Shown in pieces: positions 36,772 through 54,353 of a stretch of 64,000 nt of DNA. A program made the translations under genes and the position numbers. Source of the stretch: Eledone cirrhosa (lineage: Eukaryota); NCBI GenBank assembly GCA_964016885.1, contig OZ024743.1:39122001-39186000 (forward strand), written 5' to 3'. The notes under the pieces are model-generated. The model saw nothing but the letters and a program-made list of their open reading frames with translations, had not been told where the DNA came from and ran no database searches. The first letter of the stretch is position 1. Each line of letters starts with the position of its first letter.

Positions 36772-39700
36772 GCCCATAGACTGAATGAGAAAAGCGTGAG
36801 AACATCATACCCTGCTGATGGAACAGTGATACAATATAATGATACACTTGTTGGCACGTTATGATACATATACAGGTTTCATATGTGATAAAACCTGAAA
36901 GGCTAATCGTCATTTGATGATGAAGTGTTAATGAATAATGTAATCGACTCTGGGTGCTCAACAGATGTTTAATGATGCTAGTAGTCTCACTTATTCATTA
37001 AATGCCTCGAGATAAATATGTTTGCACACACACATACAAAGAATAATTAAATCAATGCATATAGACTTTGACTTGAGGGCACATTTCTGTAAATTTAAAG
37101 TATGCTTTGCTACCTCAAATTGTTTTATCATATTCTATCTCGTTAACACATTTTCTAAACCAGAAATCTATCATTTGATATGCCTTCTTTCTCATTGGTT
37201 GTGTGTTATAGGTGTTAGTAGTTCTTTATGTTTACCAGTTAAGAAGTGATAGTTGTATTCACACTTTCTCCGCGATTGCTTGCTTCATGTATATCACTGA
37301 ATCTATCCATGAATCTTTAAACATGACATAAGTAGTCGCTTTCAGAATTTGTGTGAAGGTCAATACATAAAATATCAGTCTAGTATTCGTTTCGATTCCC
37401 GTCCATATTTTCTCTTTAGTCCATCCGTCTTTCTATCTCTTTGAATGAATTCAGCTGTAGTCAAACGTGGAGAAGGATGCCTCACGTGGGCCATAACGGT
37501 GCACTGAAGGCTATATGGGGAGTTAAACTACTAACGAATGGAATCTAGAATTGCGTCCTGAAAGCCCTACTAAATTTCACCTTGTACATTAACATGTATG
37601 CGTCGGAGTATTTCAGAGACACGTGTACTCGTAAAATATTTACCAAACTGAAAAGTATCTCTCTGAATCGGAGTGATACTGTATATCCCAAGTCGGTTAC
37701 AATCAACCGGACTGGTTGCGGTCAACCCAATTACCTTTTCCATTTTTAGGTCAACCTGAGACTATAATAAATTACGTTGTACAAGATACTACACTGTTAA
37801 TATCATACCAAAACCCTAATTCATTCCATCCATTTCTATCACGGACAATATTCTACAGAAGGTTTCTTTTCTCTGGACATGACGGAGACGTTGTTACTTC
37901 CTCTAGCAAATCGAGAGAACAGTTGGAAGGGTTTTGCTAGCTCTGTTGCTTGTTCTTTTATATATTTTTTAAGCGTTTGTTGTTTGATTTCATCTAGTAT
38001 CATAAGTAGATTTTCTGTAATCTATCTACGTATAGAAAGTAAAAGCCAATAAATTCATCCAATATCGAGGAATATTGTAGAAACATACCGCTTATAACAC
38101 AATGTAATTTGGTAATGTGATATGTGAGTCTTGGTTTGTGTTAAATTTGATGTACTTACGTAGCGAAAATTTAGTGCAGATAACTAGTATGGGAATAATC
38201 TATTGAATCACTCTGTATACGTGTAAATTCATTTAAATTTCATTCGGGGGTTAACAGGTGTATTTGTTATCATACGCAGAAAATAGTGTATGAAATTTTT
38301 TGAGATAGTTCGTGTTCAGATAAATGACTTGATGATGTATAGTTGCAGTGCACTGACTTTTATCGATTCTGTATGTTTTACTATTTTGCTGAACCATGTT
38401 ATGTCGTTCAATTTGATTTTGCTTAATCTTACGTTTTACATTACATGTTGTCACATATAATAGAAAGGAAAAAGCAAACGAAAAGATAAATACAATTCAT
38501 ACCAGTAGCATCAAAATCATTCCGAAAGTAATAGACGTTTTGTAGTTGCTTAGTTTGTTTACTTCACCACATCTATGGCTGTGTTGGTTTGCCGTGTATA
38601 TATATTGCTAGAACGAACTGTAATACTGAGTCATTTCTTCAGCTTCAATGGCAACACCGTTCATTACTCGCTGTACTGAAGTACACTATAAATTTGTTTC
38701 AGTGCAGATGCAGTAACTGAAGCTGCGAGAAATGTGCATATACACGCCATAATTTATATATTTAAACAGGTAAACATATCTTATGTATTCGCAAATTAAA
38801 CGTTAACATATATAAATATATGTGTCTTTACATAATACCTTTCTTTACATAATCATGAATTGTTTCTGTCCAGATAGATATATATATCTTTGTTTTCTAG
38901 TTTACTACACAAAACCAACAGTATGCAGATGATTGTCTGATTGGATCTAATATACTAATATGTACAATATTGGACATTTATCATACATAGATTAGTTACA
39001 TCAAATATATTGATTTATGTATCAAAATAACTCTGGATCATAGGCATTCTGCCAATAACATGTTAAATATGTCAATAATTATAAGTGAACGAAAACAAGC
39101 TAGTATAAAGTTACATGTCATAAAGTTAATTTATTAGTAGGTTACACAGTAATTTTGCCAAGGCAGATTTAGCGAAGCAATATCTTTAACTACATGATGG
39201 CTTCGAATAAATACGTGGAATAATTCTAGATAAAAGAAAAGTGTCGATTTGATAGTGTGAGATGTACTCGCCTCAGGGAGGAGATAGGAATCGATGCAAA
39301 ATGCACTCTTCTCTATTGAACTTCTTAATTATGATGCCGGATGCCCTTCCATCATCGCAGTTGAGATGAATTCTACTGAATATTCTCTGGAATTAAGTCA
39401 TGATTGGTCACAGGAAGTAACAATTAAGGATTTCACTAAAGGTCTGACGCTCCTAGATTGAAAATATACGTCCATAGTTATGTTAAGTTTTTCCTATCAT
39501 CAGAATATAACATATCCTCCTACATCATAAAATAATTAGGGAATTATATCTAAATGAATAAAATAACGGGAACAGCGTCAACATTAAGAAAGCTTACATA
39601 TCTACTTAACGTCTGGTTAAACATCGCAAGAAACAATTCCAGTTCTCATTCGTATAAACGTTCGTCTAAAATTAGATGTAGAATTTGGTTTTAAGTTCCT

Positions 39701-41394
39701 GAAATTTTATTCAACCCAGGAAATAGAAACAATCTCTAGCACGGAGGAAAAAACATGTAGTGACAAAATAACTGTAGCAAAAAAATGAAATTGTATACAC
39801 AGTTTTATTTTATTCTGGTGTCCAAATATTTATACCAAAATTATTTCAAAATTAACTCTATTAACTGTGTCGTGCTTTATATATACTGCCTCTTTCGGTA
39901 TATTTATGTAACCAATTTATGACAGCTTTCAGCAAATATTTTCAAATGGCAGATACGTTTTTGATTAGGTCACAAAGTATTGCCACGTTAAAAAACGAGC
40001 GAATGAGAGAACAATAAGAATAAAGTAAAACAAAAAGATAACATTATTGCATAACAGAAGTAACATGGTATTAACTATTTTCTTTTATAGCCTCCAACAA
40101 AATGTGTTCCATTCAATATGGTAAGAGTCAAAATAGTATAAATCAATAAATGTATATGAAGACCAATGATAAATGTTGTAGTGGAAAAGAGAAACGAAAA
40201 TCAGTCACTATATATTTAACTGCGAAATGCTTCAAAGGGTTTGTTACTGTATTCTTTGACTGATTTCCGTCATTGGACTGAGGTCTCACTGGGACTCCAC
40301 CTTAATCTATACACCCATATCAACTCCGCAGCTTACTTGGCCGAATCTGGTACTTAATATAGCAATTACATTTTGTCGAACATATACATTATTATGGCTA
40401 AACAGTAAGCCGTGTTACACTTGAGGTTTAACGAACACTCACAGGATATTCCATAACAGAGAGAGGGTCAATAGGGGAAGCCTCGGGAGTGATGGATGAT
40501 AAATATTTTAAATGGGTGTGTAATGGTCTATGTAGAAATGAACGAAGAGTAAAAAGTGGGTGAACATTGACAGAAAGTGCAAGAAAAAATAGTATAGTAT
40601 TAACGCTGCTGGTGGTGATGAGCAGAACAAGCAATGAGATTAACAAAATGGTATGATTTAATGTTTTGATAATGTAAATATATAGAAAATAACATGGGTA
40701 GGTTCATGAGCCTTAATTGATGGAGATGGTTAATACATTTAGTGGATAACGGAATTAATTGAGAAGACGTTTGGCATAATATATGCTATTATAATGATGA
40801 TAAAGTTGAAATTAATAAAATTAAAATAATAACTGTTGGACTGGTAATGGTGATGACAACGGCAGTGTCAAGGACTAATTGAAAATATAATATAAATATA
40901 AAATATATTGTATATTTGTAATACTACTTATGGCATAGAGGGGCAGTAATCGTGGAGTAGAGATTTGTAAAAGGTGAGAAAATAGAAACATTAGGTTTTA
41001 GGAAATACGAAAATAATGGGATTGGAGCAAATAACAATAGGGAAATAAGAGAATAGTGGAAATAAGGAAATAAAATAATAATGATAGAAATGAGAAAATC
41101 TGAAAATAATCCAAATGAAACATGAAAAATAAAGGAAACAATGAAAAACCGAAAAGATTGTTGGGTTTTCCGCAATCAGGAAATTCACAAGATGTAGAAT
41201 TCAGAAAGCATTTCGTGAAGGCCATCCTAGCCCGAGTGTATGGATGTGTATAGGAAGGATTCTCTAGGCGTGTTAGTATGTGTGAGAGTGGATCAGCGTT
41301 CTGCTATTCGTACAATCCAGTACACATCGTTATCCGTTGTATAAATTCAGCCAGGCATAGATATGCTTCATGCGGCACAGGAAGAACTTCATTA

Positions 41395-41582
41395 TGGTGG
41401 ATTGGCAGTATCAATAAAGGGTCGGACGCCATGCTTGAGGCAAAGAGTTACGTCCCTTTACTATCTGAGTTCAAATCCCGCCGAGGTTAACTTTGCCTTT
41501 CATCCTTACGGGGTCGATAAAATAAAGTACCAGTAATGTACTGGGTATTTGCTGGCCTTGTGCCAAAAGTAGAAACAATTAT
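41395..41582 (+). mobile_element. tRNA-derived SINE
   Basis: B box gagttcaaatccc, body ctttgcctttcatccttacggggtcgataaaataaagtacc, tail agaaacaattat. Confidence 0.88.
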
Positions 41583-41589
41583 ATATAGG

Positions 41590-42780
41590 GAGGGGAAATT
41601 TCCTTTATTCCATTTGGTCAGATTGATGGTTGTTGATGTGAACTTGTTTCTGGAGCATAATTTTCATCTTGTTCTTCGACCATTATGAGTGTTCTTTTTC
41701 CGACAGTAATCTATTTAATGGCAGGGCCTGTAGAGTGGTTAGGCTTAAATAGACATATCTATTTAAACAAAGATGCTCGGATTAGTAATCGCCTATGTTT
41801 GAACATGTTCAAATGTTTAGAAAAGCGGCATTTGAAACTGTTTTCAGTCAGTCCCATATTTATTTTCCCCTATACTTTTTCTCTGCATAAAATCGCATTG
41901 GATGTTCATTCGTAGTCTGGTGGGTATTGAGTTTTATCTCTACATTTAGATTCCGGAATCACCTCAGATGTGCTGTCTCTATATATAAATTATTTGATGT
42001 GCTTTAGAATTGTAACCCCATACATGGAGGAAAAACACGGTTGTTTGATGCTATAGGGAGGGCTATACCAGGAAAACTTCCTGGCCTTGTGTTTTCGTTC
42101 TGAGGGGCTGAATGTAAGTGAGATGTTCGAAGAAGGTGCGTTTTAATGCAATGTTGCAGTAGGAGGAAATACCTGAAATGATATGCTTGTTTGAAGATAG
42201 GCTAGATCTCCACTTACTCACATTTTTCAATATTTTTAGTTATATCCAACTGTTTCGCAAATTTGTGGTTTGTTACAACACACGACCCAAGGCCCAGAAA
42301 TTTCACTGCAGTAATCAGGTTTTTCTCAACTCGTCCATTTGATGCCCATTACACTTACCGGCTATTCAAAGTCCATCGTCTTAGTTCTACACCTGCAATT
42401 TTAATTTTCACAGTGTGTACCAAGTAAAGACAGACATATTCTTCTATATCTGTTACGTCAAAACCTCCCATTGCAATGTCAAAGAATTCGGCACCAAGTT
42501 TTCTTTACCCCGGTGAGTAACAAGACTATACAGAGATTGGGCTTAGCGGATTACAATATTAATTAATAGTTTTACAAGAGTGTTGAAATTTGCTTAAATC
42601 ATTGCGGAATAGTAACATTGTTCTCTTTTGGAAGCCAGCCTCTTCAATGCAGATGGCTGAATGAGACTCACTGCTTATTTCTGTTAGTCTGACACTAACA
42701 ATATGAACTAATGATGACATAGATTCCTCTCCGACAAATCCATGAAATTCCTTCGGAAACACCCCACCCCTTATGATGGA
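41590..42780 (-). pseudogene. Ancient PLE remnant (RT to GIY-YIG)
   Basis: Minus-strand peptides FFDIAMGGFD...CLYL, DDGL, RKFSWYSPPYS and MGLTENSFKCRFSKHLNMFKH, in PLE order. Confidence 0.62.
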
Positions 42781-42799
42781 TGGTAACTCCGAAATATAG

Positions 42800-43900
42800 A
42801 GAACAATGAAACGATTCCAAGCTTACTTCATCACTGATTTTTATTTTACTGCACACAACGTTCCCTTATTTCCTCCCTACTCACTTATCCATTTTCTTCC
42901 TCACTTCCCTGATTCTGTTACTCGAGGATTTATCCATCTGCATTGCAGAACCTTCCGAAGACGACAATTTTAATAGGTTCACGTTTATATTGTTTTGCCC
43001 AATAATTTAAACTTCCAAATATATTCTTTCTATCGTAGTTTTACTTTTTACACAATACATTATTGACGGTGTGGCATTCATACGTTTACAAATTTCCCCA
43101 AAATTATTATTAATTTCTAGTTGGTTACATAATACTGTCCCGTAACTAACAAAATCGAAATTAGATTTCCGCAGTTCAGGAATCTGTTGACTAGCCTAAA
43201 ATCAATAAATGATGTTTTTCGTATCTTATCTGCATCCACCTATACATAAACACTTAAAGGTTTGCTGCATTTAGATTTACGACTTAATAATAACGTTATA
43301 TAGTTTGCAAATTTAGACATAATCATGAATAAAAAAAAAATACGTCAAACACACTATCCATCATAGTCAGGTGTTTTGGGCTGCCTATTCAAACTTAAGA
43401 GCTTTCAAAATATAACTCTGAAGGTGTTTGCGTTAACGCCTTCATATTACATCACCTTCTTTCAATATCCTAAAGAATCATTGATTTTATCTCAGTGTTC
43501 ATGTTACAAGTCTATTAAATTTCAACAATCTTTACTGCAAGTAGCATTTGTCATTTTAAAAATCTTGCTTTTCTATAAAACGAATACAAATTTTCTGAAA
43601 ATCTGTTTCCATTTAATTTTTATTTCCATTCACTGTAAATACGAACCCCATGAATATACTTCTTATCTACCTCAATACTCACTCATCTTTTTCCATTTCT
43701 TAGATTGTTCTAAACCCCACTCTCAGGCTAAAGTTTCTTTAGTAGAATATACAGCGAAAGATTCTATTCCTGTTTTCTTAAATATATTCCCGTTCGATGT
43801 CATTGGATTGTTTTTGTCCATGTTCTTTCACATTGAGAACAATTTAGAAACTAGTATCACCAGTGATTCTCGTTCCATGTATCCAACACTCCAAACAAAT
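42800..43900 (-). pseudogene. Possible very old L1-like ORF2 remnant
   Basis: Weak minus-strand motifs PKTPDYDG (cf. KSPG.DG) and KPLSV/VDADKI (cf. RPISL.N.D.KI). Confidence 0.3.
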
Positions 43901-44069
43901 TTTTATGCAGCCAGCAATATATTTCAACTTATGACTATTATTAAAAACTCGAAAAACGTGTTAAGTAAAGACAGAACAAAGGAGCAATATATACACTCTG
44001 CCAATCTCAGCCGTTCACAGCACTGAATGAAAAAAAAAGTATTTTACATATAATTTCAATGATGATAAT

Positions 44070-44141
<72 letters not shown>

Positions 44142-44153
44142 TATATATTTATA

Positions 44154-44199
<46 letters not shown>

Positions 44200-44781
44200 T
44201 GTGTGTGTGCGTGTGTGTGTGTGTTATTTACTTACAATGTTTCATCCTCCCCTTTTGGCAGGTATCATCATATACCTCAGCCTGGGGTGAACAATAACTA
44301 GAATAAGGTATTGGGATACAAAGGCGGGCGGAGGGAGAATGTGTCAACATTCCATTTATTCATGTTATTCAACATATATATATATATATATCTACATAGC
44401 TTATCTGCATTTACTGCGGTTATGAGAAGCGGTTCTTATTCGGGTACAACTTCTGATTTAGCCTAAGAAAATATCTATATGCGTGTGTAATTTATACAAG
44501 CATGTATTTATTTTTTTATTTTCAATTGAGTTCTTAAACAGGTTGGATTGATAATGTTTTCAAAAAAAACTAGTTAACCCGCGTGTATATTATATATTTT
44601 CCTCATTTCGTGGATCGTGGGTTGTCTCCCCTTCCCGCTTCGTGTCGCTATGATACTTCCTCAGTCAAAAACTGCTGGAATTTCAAATTTGGCTGTCATT
44701 CGAGGTGAGAGAGATCAACTTTACGGACATGATTTTTGACAGCGGTAAGAAATTGTTTTCTTATATCAATGTTTAACAGGC

Positions 44782-44907
44782 TTCCACTGATGATTTATAA
44801 GTGCCCACCTAAATATATTCTTACATGAATATATATTATGCTTCTACATAAACTGGAAACATTCTCCCAAACTTGTAGAAAACTTATAATGAAACAATTG
44901 TTTGGAA
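44782..44907 (+). ncRNA. Type I hammerhead ribozyme with branched stem II
   Basis: ttcca-CTGATGA-t-ttataag-[two hairpins]-cttataa-t-GAAA-caattg-TT-tggaa. Confidence 0.8.
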
Positions 44908-45789
44908 AGAGAGATATACTTTAACTTTAATTATATCTCATAAAATAATACAACTGGTTTTTCCACATTATACATATTGTTAGCACTCCAAACACGTAAA
45001 TTGGGTTTATATTTCAATATAACCTAATGTTTCTTGAGTGAGATGGTTACCAGTCAGAGTTTAGCTTTAAACTATCTCTGTTATTTTATTAAATATTTAC
45101 TCTTGATTGGCCAGAGGTGTTTATTTCCAGGTACCTTATGAATTTGACTTACCGTATTTATTACTGTTGTGAAATATTGTGGCTTTTTTTGGTTGTAACT
45201 TCTCTGTTTTTTAGCCTAGGAAAATATATATATATGCCTACGTATATAATTACATGCATATATGTATTTATTTTCTTTTATTAATTGAGTTCTTTACACG
45301 AGGAATTAATATTGGTTTTGAAATAGCTAATTAACCCGCGTGTGTTTTATATTTTACTCTTGATAATTCGGCTGGAGATTTATATTCCCATTTGACCATT
45401 ATAGCATAACTTTCTGCATTTACTGCGGTTATGAGAAGCGGTTCTTATTCGGGTACAACTTCTGATTTAGCCTAAGAAAATATCTATATGTGTCTGTAAT
45501 TTATACAAGCATATATTTATTTTTTTATTTTCAATTAAGTTCTTAAACACGTCGGATTGATAATGTTTTCAAAAAAACTAATTAACCCGCGTGTATATTA
45601 TTTTTTTTCCTCATTTCCTGGATCTTGGGTTGTCTCCCCTTCCCGCTTCGTGTCGCTATGATACTTCCTCAGTCAAAAACCGCTGGAATTTCAAATTTGG
45701 AGGTCATTCGAGGTGAGAGAGAGCAACTTTACGGACATGATTTTTGACAGCGGTAAGAAATTGTTTTCTTATATCAATGTTTAACGGGC

Positions 45790-45915
45790 TTCCACTGATG
45801 ATTTATAAGCGCCGACCTAAATATATTGTTACATGAATATATATTAGGCTTCTACATAAACTGGAAACATTCTCCCAAACTTGTAGAAAACTTATAATGA
45901 AACAATTGTTTGGAA
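45790..45915 (+). ncRNA. Type I hammerhead ribozyme with branched stem II (second unit)
   Basis: Core and stems identical to 44782-44907, 1008 nt downstream. Confidence 0.8.
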
Positions 45916-46101
45916 AGAGAGATATACTTTAACTGTAATTATATCTCATAAAATAATACAACTGGTTTTTCCACATTATACATATTGTTAGCACCCCAAA
46001 CACTTAAATTGGGTTTGTATTTTAATATAACCTAATGGTTGTTGAGTGAGATGGTTACCAGTCAGAGTTTAGCTTTAAAATATCTCTGTTATTGTATTAA
46101 A

Positions 46102-46213
<112 letters not shown>

Positions 46214-46236
46214 AATATATATGTATATATATATAG

Positions 46237-46530
46237 GTACGTTATTCCGGGTTGAATCGGAGGTAACCACAGTAAGTAACGTACTCAATACATTGCAGCG
46301 TATAACAGTTTTAATATTGATGAGATTCTACAGGACTAGAACTGTTTCATTCTTTAGAAATCATCAGGGATCTGGGTATCAAAAAATAAGTATGGTATTT
46401 ATAGGTCTCTACAAGTGGTAGGAGAGGGTGGGGAGTGGGATGGGTGTGGGTCATTGGTTGATAGAAAAGGGAATTCATTAAAAGGTAATTCAACAAATCT
46501 ATAATTTATTTTTATTTTTATTTTTAGAGT
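46237..46530 (-). repeat. PLE pseudo-LTR with hammerhead at 46323-46373
   Basis: Minus strand agatcc-CTGATGA-tttctaaagaat-GAAA-cag-ttctagtc-ctg-TA-gaatct. Reverse complement of 52151-52402. Confidence 0.75.
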
Positions 46531-46896
46531 AACAAAGGCAGAAAGAATTCTATAAACAGGTTCAGGATGGCAGGCCACTCCTTATTATTAAGTTTCTGTT
46601 AAGCTAATAGGTGTCTATAAGATCAGTGGGTGTCATTCATGGTAGATATATTTAAAGGAATGGGAGATTCTTTAAGGTAACTAAATTCTAAGTAACAAAG
46701 GTTTAGAGAATTCTGGAGACAAATTCAAAATATTGAGTGCATATCTTACAATTATCCTCAAATTTCTCTTAAACTATTCAACTATATGACAAAATTCAAC
46801 AGACACATTCACAGAACACACTCGCGCGCACCCAGAAACACACACGCTTACACATATACATATACATATATACACACACACATCCACATACACAAC

Positions 46897-46954
<58 letters not shown>

Positions 46955-46982
46955 CATACACATATATATACATGCAATTACA

Positions 46983-47034
<52 letters not shown>

Positions 47035-47101
47035 CATATATACATACATACAGACATATACACATACAGATACACACATTCACGTATGTATATACATACA
47101 T

Positions 47102-47134
<33 letters not shown>

Positions 47135-47135
47135 C

Positions 47136-47192
<57 letters not shown>

Positions 47193-47199
47193 TATACAC

Positions 47200-50734
<3,535 letters not shown>

Positions 50735-50863
50735 CACACACATATACACACACATATACATACACATACATACATATACATATACATATATACACATACA
50801 CACAAATATACACACACATATATACGCACACACATACACACATACGTATACATAAATAAATAA

Positions 50864-50934
<71 letters not shown>

Positions 50935-51045
50935 TATACACATATATACACACACACACACATATATAAATATTAAATAAATAAATAAATACACACAAAG
51001 AGAGAGAACCACACAAACACATATACACACATACCACACACACAC

Positions 51046-51078
<33 letters not shown>

Positions 51079-51082
<4 letters not shown>

Positions 51083-51268
51083 TAAACGGAATAGAAAATG
51101 CTGACAAATTGTTCACAGTTGAAAAATGGTTTAATTAGGAATAAAAGAGTATTAGTGATTGTATGGGTTAGTATTCAGTTGTGGTTTTAAGCTTTTAAGT
51201 TTTTACCGGTTGCGCATTTCTAAATGCTTTTCAAAAATAATTTTGAGATAGAGTGTCCGTGCTGTTTG

Positions 51269-51275
<7 letters not shown>
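51079..51275 (-). repeat. Solo tail of the 12278-15300 PLE family (another copy at ~19980-20129, +)
   Basis: ttggtaaacggaatagaaaatgctgacaaattg... matches 12278 onward; embedded in (TA)n. Confidence 0.8.
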
Positions 51276-51315
<40 letters not shown>

Positions 51316-51316
51316 G

Positions 51317-51371
<55 letters not shown>

Positions 51372-51479
51372 ATATATATATATATACATATATACACACA
51401 CATATATACACACACACATATATACATATATGTACATATACACATATGTACACATATACATATACATACATACACAAAT

Positions 51480-51531
<52 letters not shown>

Positions 51532-51539
51532 ATATATAC

Positions 51540-51638
<99 letters not shown>

Positions 51639-51960
51639 CAAATACATGCACACACACACATATATGTATACATATACACACATGCATACACATATATATG
51701 TGTGTGCACACAAACACATACATACACATCCATATACATACACACATATATACACACATACACACAAATATATACACATACAAATAAATTAGTACTCAAT
51801 AAATATACGCATATACACAGGCACATAAAACATCTCTACAGACAGAAAATTCAGATAGGTAAGAGGTACTCACATAACCATAGGTGCCGTATTTCAGGTT
51901 GAGGAGGGGTGGGGGTAGGGTGGGAAGGAGGTATAGGGGCCAATAGGAGAAGGTCGTTTT

Positions 51961-52150
51961 TAGCCATCGGGCTTTAACACTGGCTTAAAGTGATTGAAAG
52001 TTGCAAAGATCTTGTGCATGCAGTTCGGGCAGTGTTCAGAGATTTTGTTCAGTAGCGGGCCCTTGGCGAATACAATTTCGTAGCTCTCTGAGATACAACG
52101 GTCGCAGCCCTTGTGTCCCCCGTTGTAAGAGCGCGCTTTCTGGAGTATTA
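51961..52150 (-). pseudogene. PLE GIY-YIG C-terminus
   Basis: VILQKARSYNGGHKGCDRCISESYEIVFAKGPLLNKISEHCPNCMHK...DG*, fused to an oppositely oriented pseudo-LTR. Confidence 0.75.
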
Positions 52151-52399
52151 CTCTAAAAATAAAAATAAAAATAAAAATAAAAATAAAAATAAAAATAAAA
52201 ATAAATTATAGCTTTGTAGAATTAGCTTTTAATGAATTCCCTTTTCCATCAACCAATGACCTACAGCCAACCCACTCCCCACCCTCTCCTACCACTTGTA
52301 GAGACCTATAAATACCAAACTTATTTTTTGATACCCAAATTCCTGATGATTTCTAAAGAATGAAAAAGTTCTAGTCCTGTAGAATCTCATCTATATTAA

Positions 52400-52402
<3 letters not shown>
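52151..52402 (+). repeat. PLE pseudo-LTR with hammerhead at 52337-52387
   Basis: TATAAA, then aaattc-CTGATGA-...-GAAA-aag-ttctagtc-ctg-TA-gaatct, ending in (TA)n. Confidence 0.72.
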
Positions 52403-52489
<87 letters not shown>

Positions 52490-52492
<3 letters not shown>

Positions 52493-52555
52493 TATGTATG
52501 TATGTATACGTACATACATACGTACATTAAGTAGTATGTATATATATACATACAT

Positions 52556-52597
<42 letters not shown>

Positions 52598-54051
52598 GTA
52601 TCGGTTTACCGAACATTTATTATAATGCTCAGTTTGTTTGTTTGTAAAACAAACTGAGCATTATAATAAATGTGTGTTTGTTTGTAAAACAAACAAACAG
52701 CCCGAATTACGCCGTACTGTGTTTAGGCAACCACGTCACCTTTTTGTTCAACACTGACACAGGAACGATGTACTAGTTTCAAGCTTATTGTGTATCGTCA
52801 GCATCGTATACCTTCCTGCCAGATGGTTGAACGTCAGAAAGTATATACTTTCATTATGCATATTAACGGCTGAGCAGCCTAATTTGCACATCGAGTGAGT
52901 TCAGTCGGCCGGGCACACCGTAAACCATAAATGGAATAGAATGAAACGAAATTTCATTTCTCACTCTTAGTACGGCCCTTACTTAAATGTAAGTATGCAT
53001 GTATGTATACGAACATACATATATGTATACAGACGTACGGTAGTATGTATATATATACATACATGCACACATATATATATATGCACGTATCGGTTTACCG
53101 AACATTTATTATAATGCTCGGTTTGTTTGTTTGTAAACAAACCAACAACCCGAATTACGCCGTACTGTGTTTAGGCAACCACGTCACCTTTTTGTTCAAC
53201 ACTGACACAGGAATGATGTACTAGTTTCAAGCTTATTAACTATGGTCTGCATCGTATACCTTCCTGCCAGATTATTGAACATCTGAAAGTATATACTTTC
53301 CCTATGCATATTAACGGCTGAGCAGCCTAATTTGCATATCGGGTGAGTTCAGTCGGCTGGGGACACGGAAAACGAAAAATGGAGTAGAATGAGACGAAAT
53401 TTCATTTCTCACTCTTAGTGCGGCCCTTACTTAAATGTAAGTATGCATGTATGTATACGTATATACATATATGTATACAGACGTACAGTAGTATGTATAT
53501 ATATACATACATGCACACATATATATATATGCACGTATCGGTGTACCGAACATTTGTCATAATGCTAATGGTTGAACGTCTGAAAGTATATACTTTCCAT
53601 TTATCGTTTTCGGTGTGCCCGGCTGACTGAACTCACTCGATATGCAAATTTGGCAGCTCAGCCGTAAATATGCATAATGGAAGTATATACTTTCAGACAT
53701 TCAACCATCTTGCAGGAAGGTATACGATCCTGACACTGACGATAGCTAATAAGCTTGGAACTATGACATCATTCCTGTGTCAGTGTTGAACAAAAAGGTG
53801 ACGTGGTTGCCTAAACACTGTACGGCGTAATTCGGGCTCTTTGTTTATTTACAAACAAACAAACCGTGCATTATAATAAATGTTCGGTAAACCGATACGT
53901 GCATATATATATATGTGTGCATGTATGTATATATATACATACGACCGTACGTCTGTATACATATATGTATGTACGTATACATACATGCATACTTACATTT
54001 AAATAAGGGCCGTAGTAAGAGTGAGAAATGAAATTTCGTTTCATTCTATTC

Positions 54052-54055
<4 letters not shown>
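52490..54055 (-). repeat. ~445-bp hammerhead-containing tandem repeat (about 2.3 units plus one inverted unit)
   Basis: gcacgtatcggt recurs at ~52594, 53083 and 53531; ~53600-54055 is inverted. Same family as 15597-16470. Confidence 0.87.
52765..52807 (-). ncRNA. Minimal type I hammerhead ribozyme
   Basis: Minus strand acgatg-CTGACGA-tacacaataagctt-GAAA-ctag-TA-catcgt. Perfect stem I, stem II mutated. Decayed copies at 53213-53255 (-) and 53724-53772 (+). Confidence 0.7.
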
Positions 54056-54131
<76 letters not shown>

Positions 54132-54155
54132 GAAAAAAGAGAATGAGTGTTGCGA

Positions 54156-54310
54156 CGAAAGGAATTGATAGGACATATTACAATTGTTTCTCGGGCGACC
54201 AGCTCGAGGCACGACCGATCAAACTTAACTGTGAAATCACGCTGGGCTCGGATACGTCCCGATTCTCCTAAGAAGATTTTCATATTGTCCTTTAACATCG
54301 AATTCCTTCG
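54156..54310 (-). ncRNA. Decayed hammerhead with long stems I and II
   Basis: Minus strand cgaaggaatt..ggacaat-ATGAAAA-...tcggg...cccga-GAAA-caattg-TA-atatgtcc..aattcctttcg. Confidence 0.55.
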
Positions 54311-54353
54311 CTTCACAATTTAGATCCTTTTTTTATATATATATATATCCAAG

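Noticed and set aside
41395-41490. tRNA gene
   Set aside because: A/B-box-like motifs only, no cloverleaf, and it continues into a SINE body found four times in the window.
43376-44026. 216-aa plus-strand ORF
   Set aside because: No recognisable motif, TTG start, and F/S/L/I-rich composition typical of the antisense of an A-rich decayed LINE.
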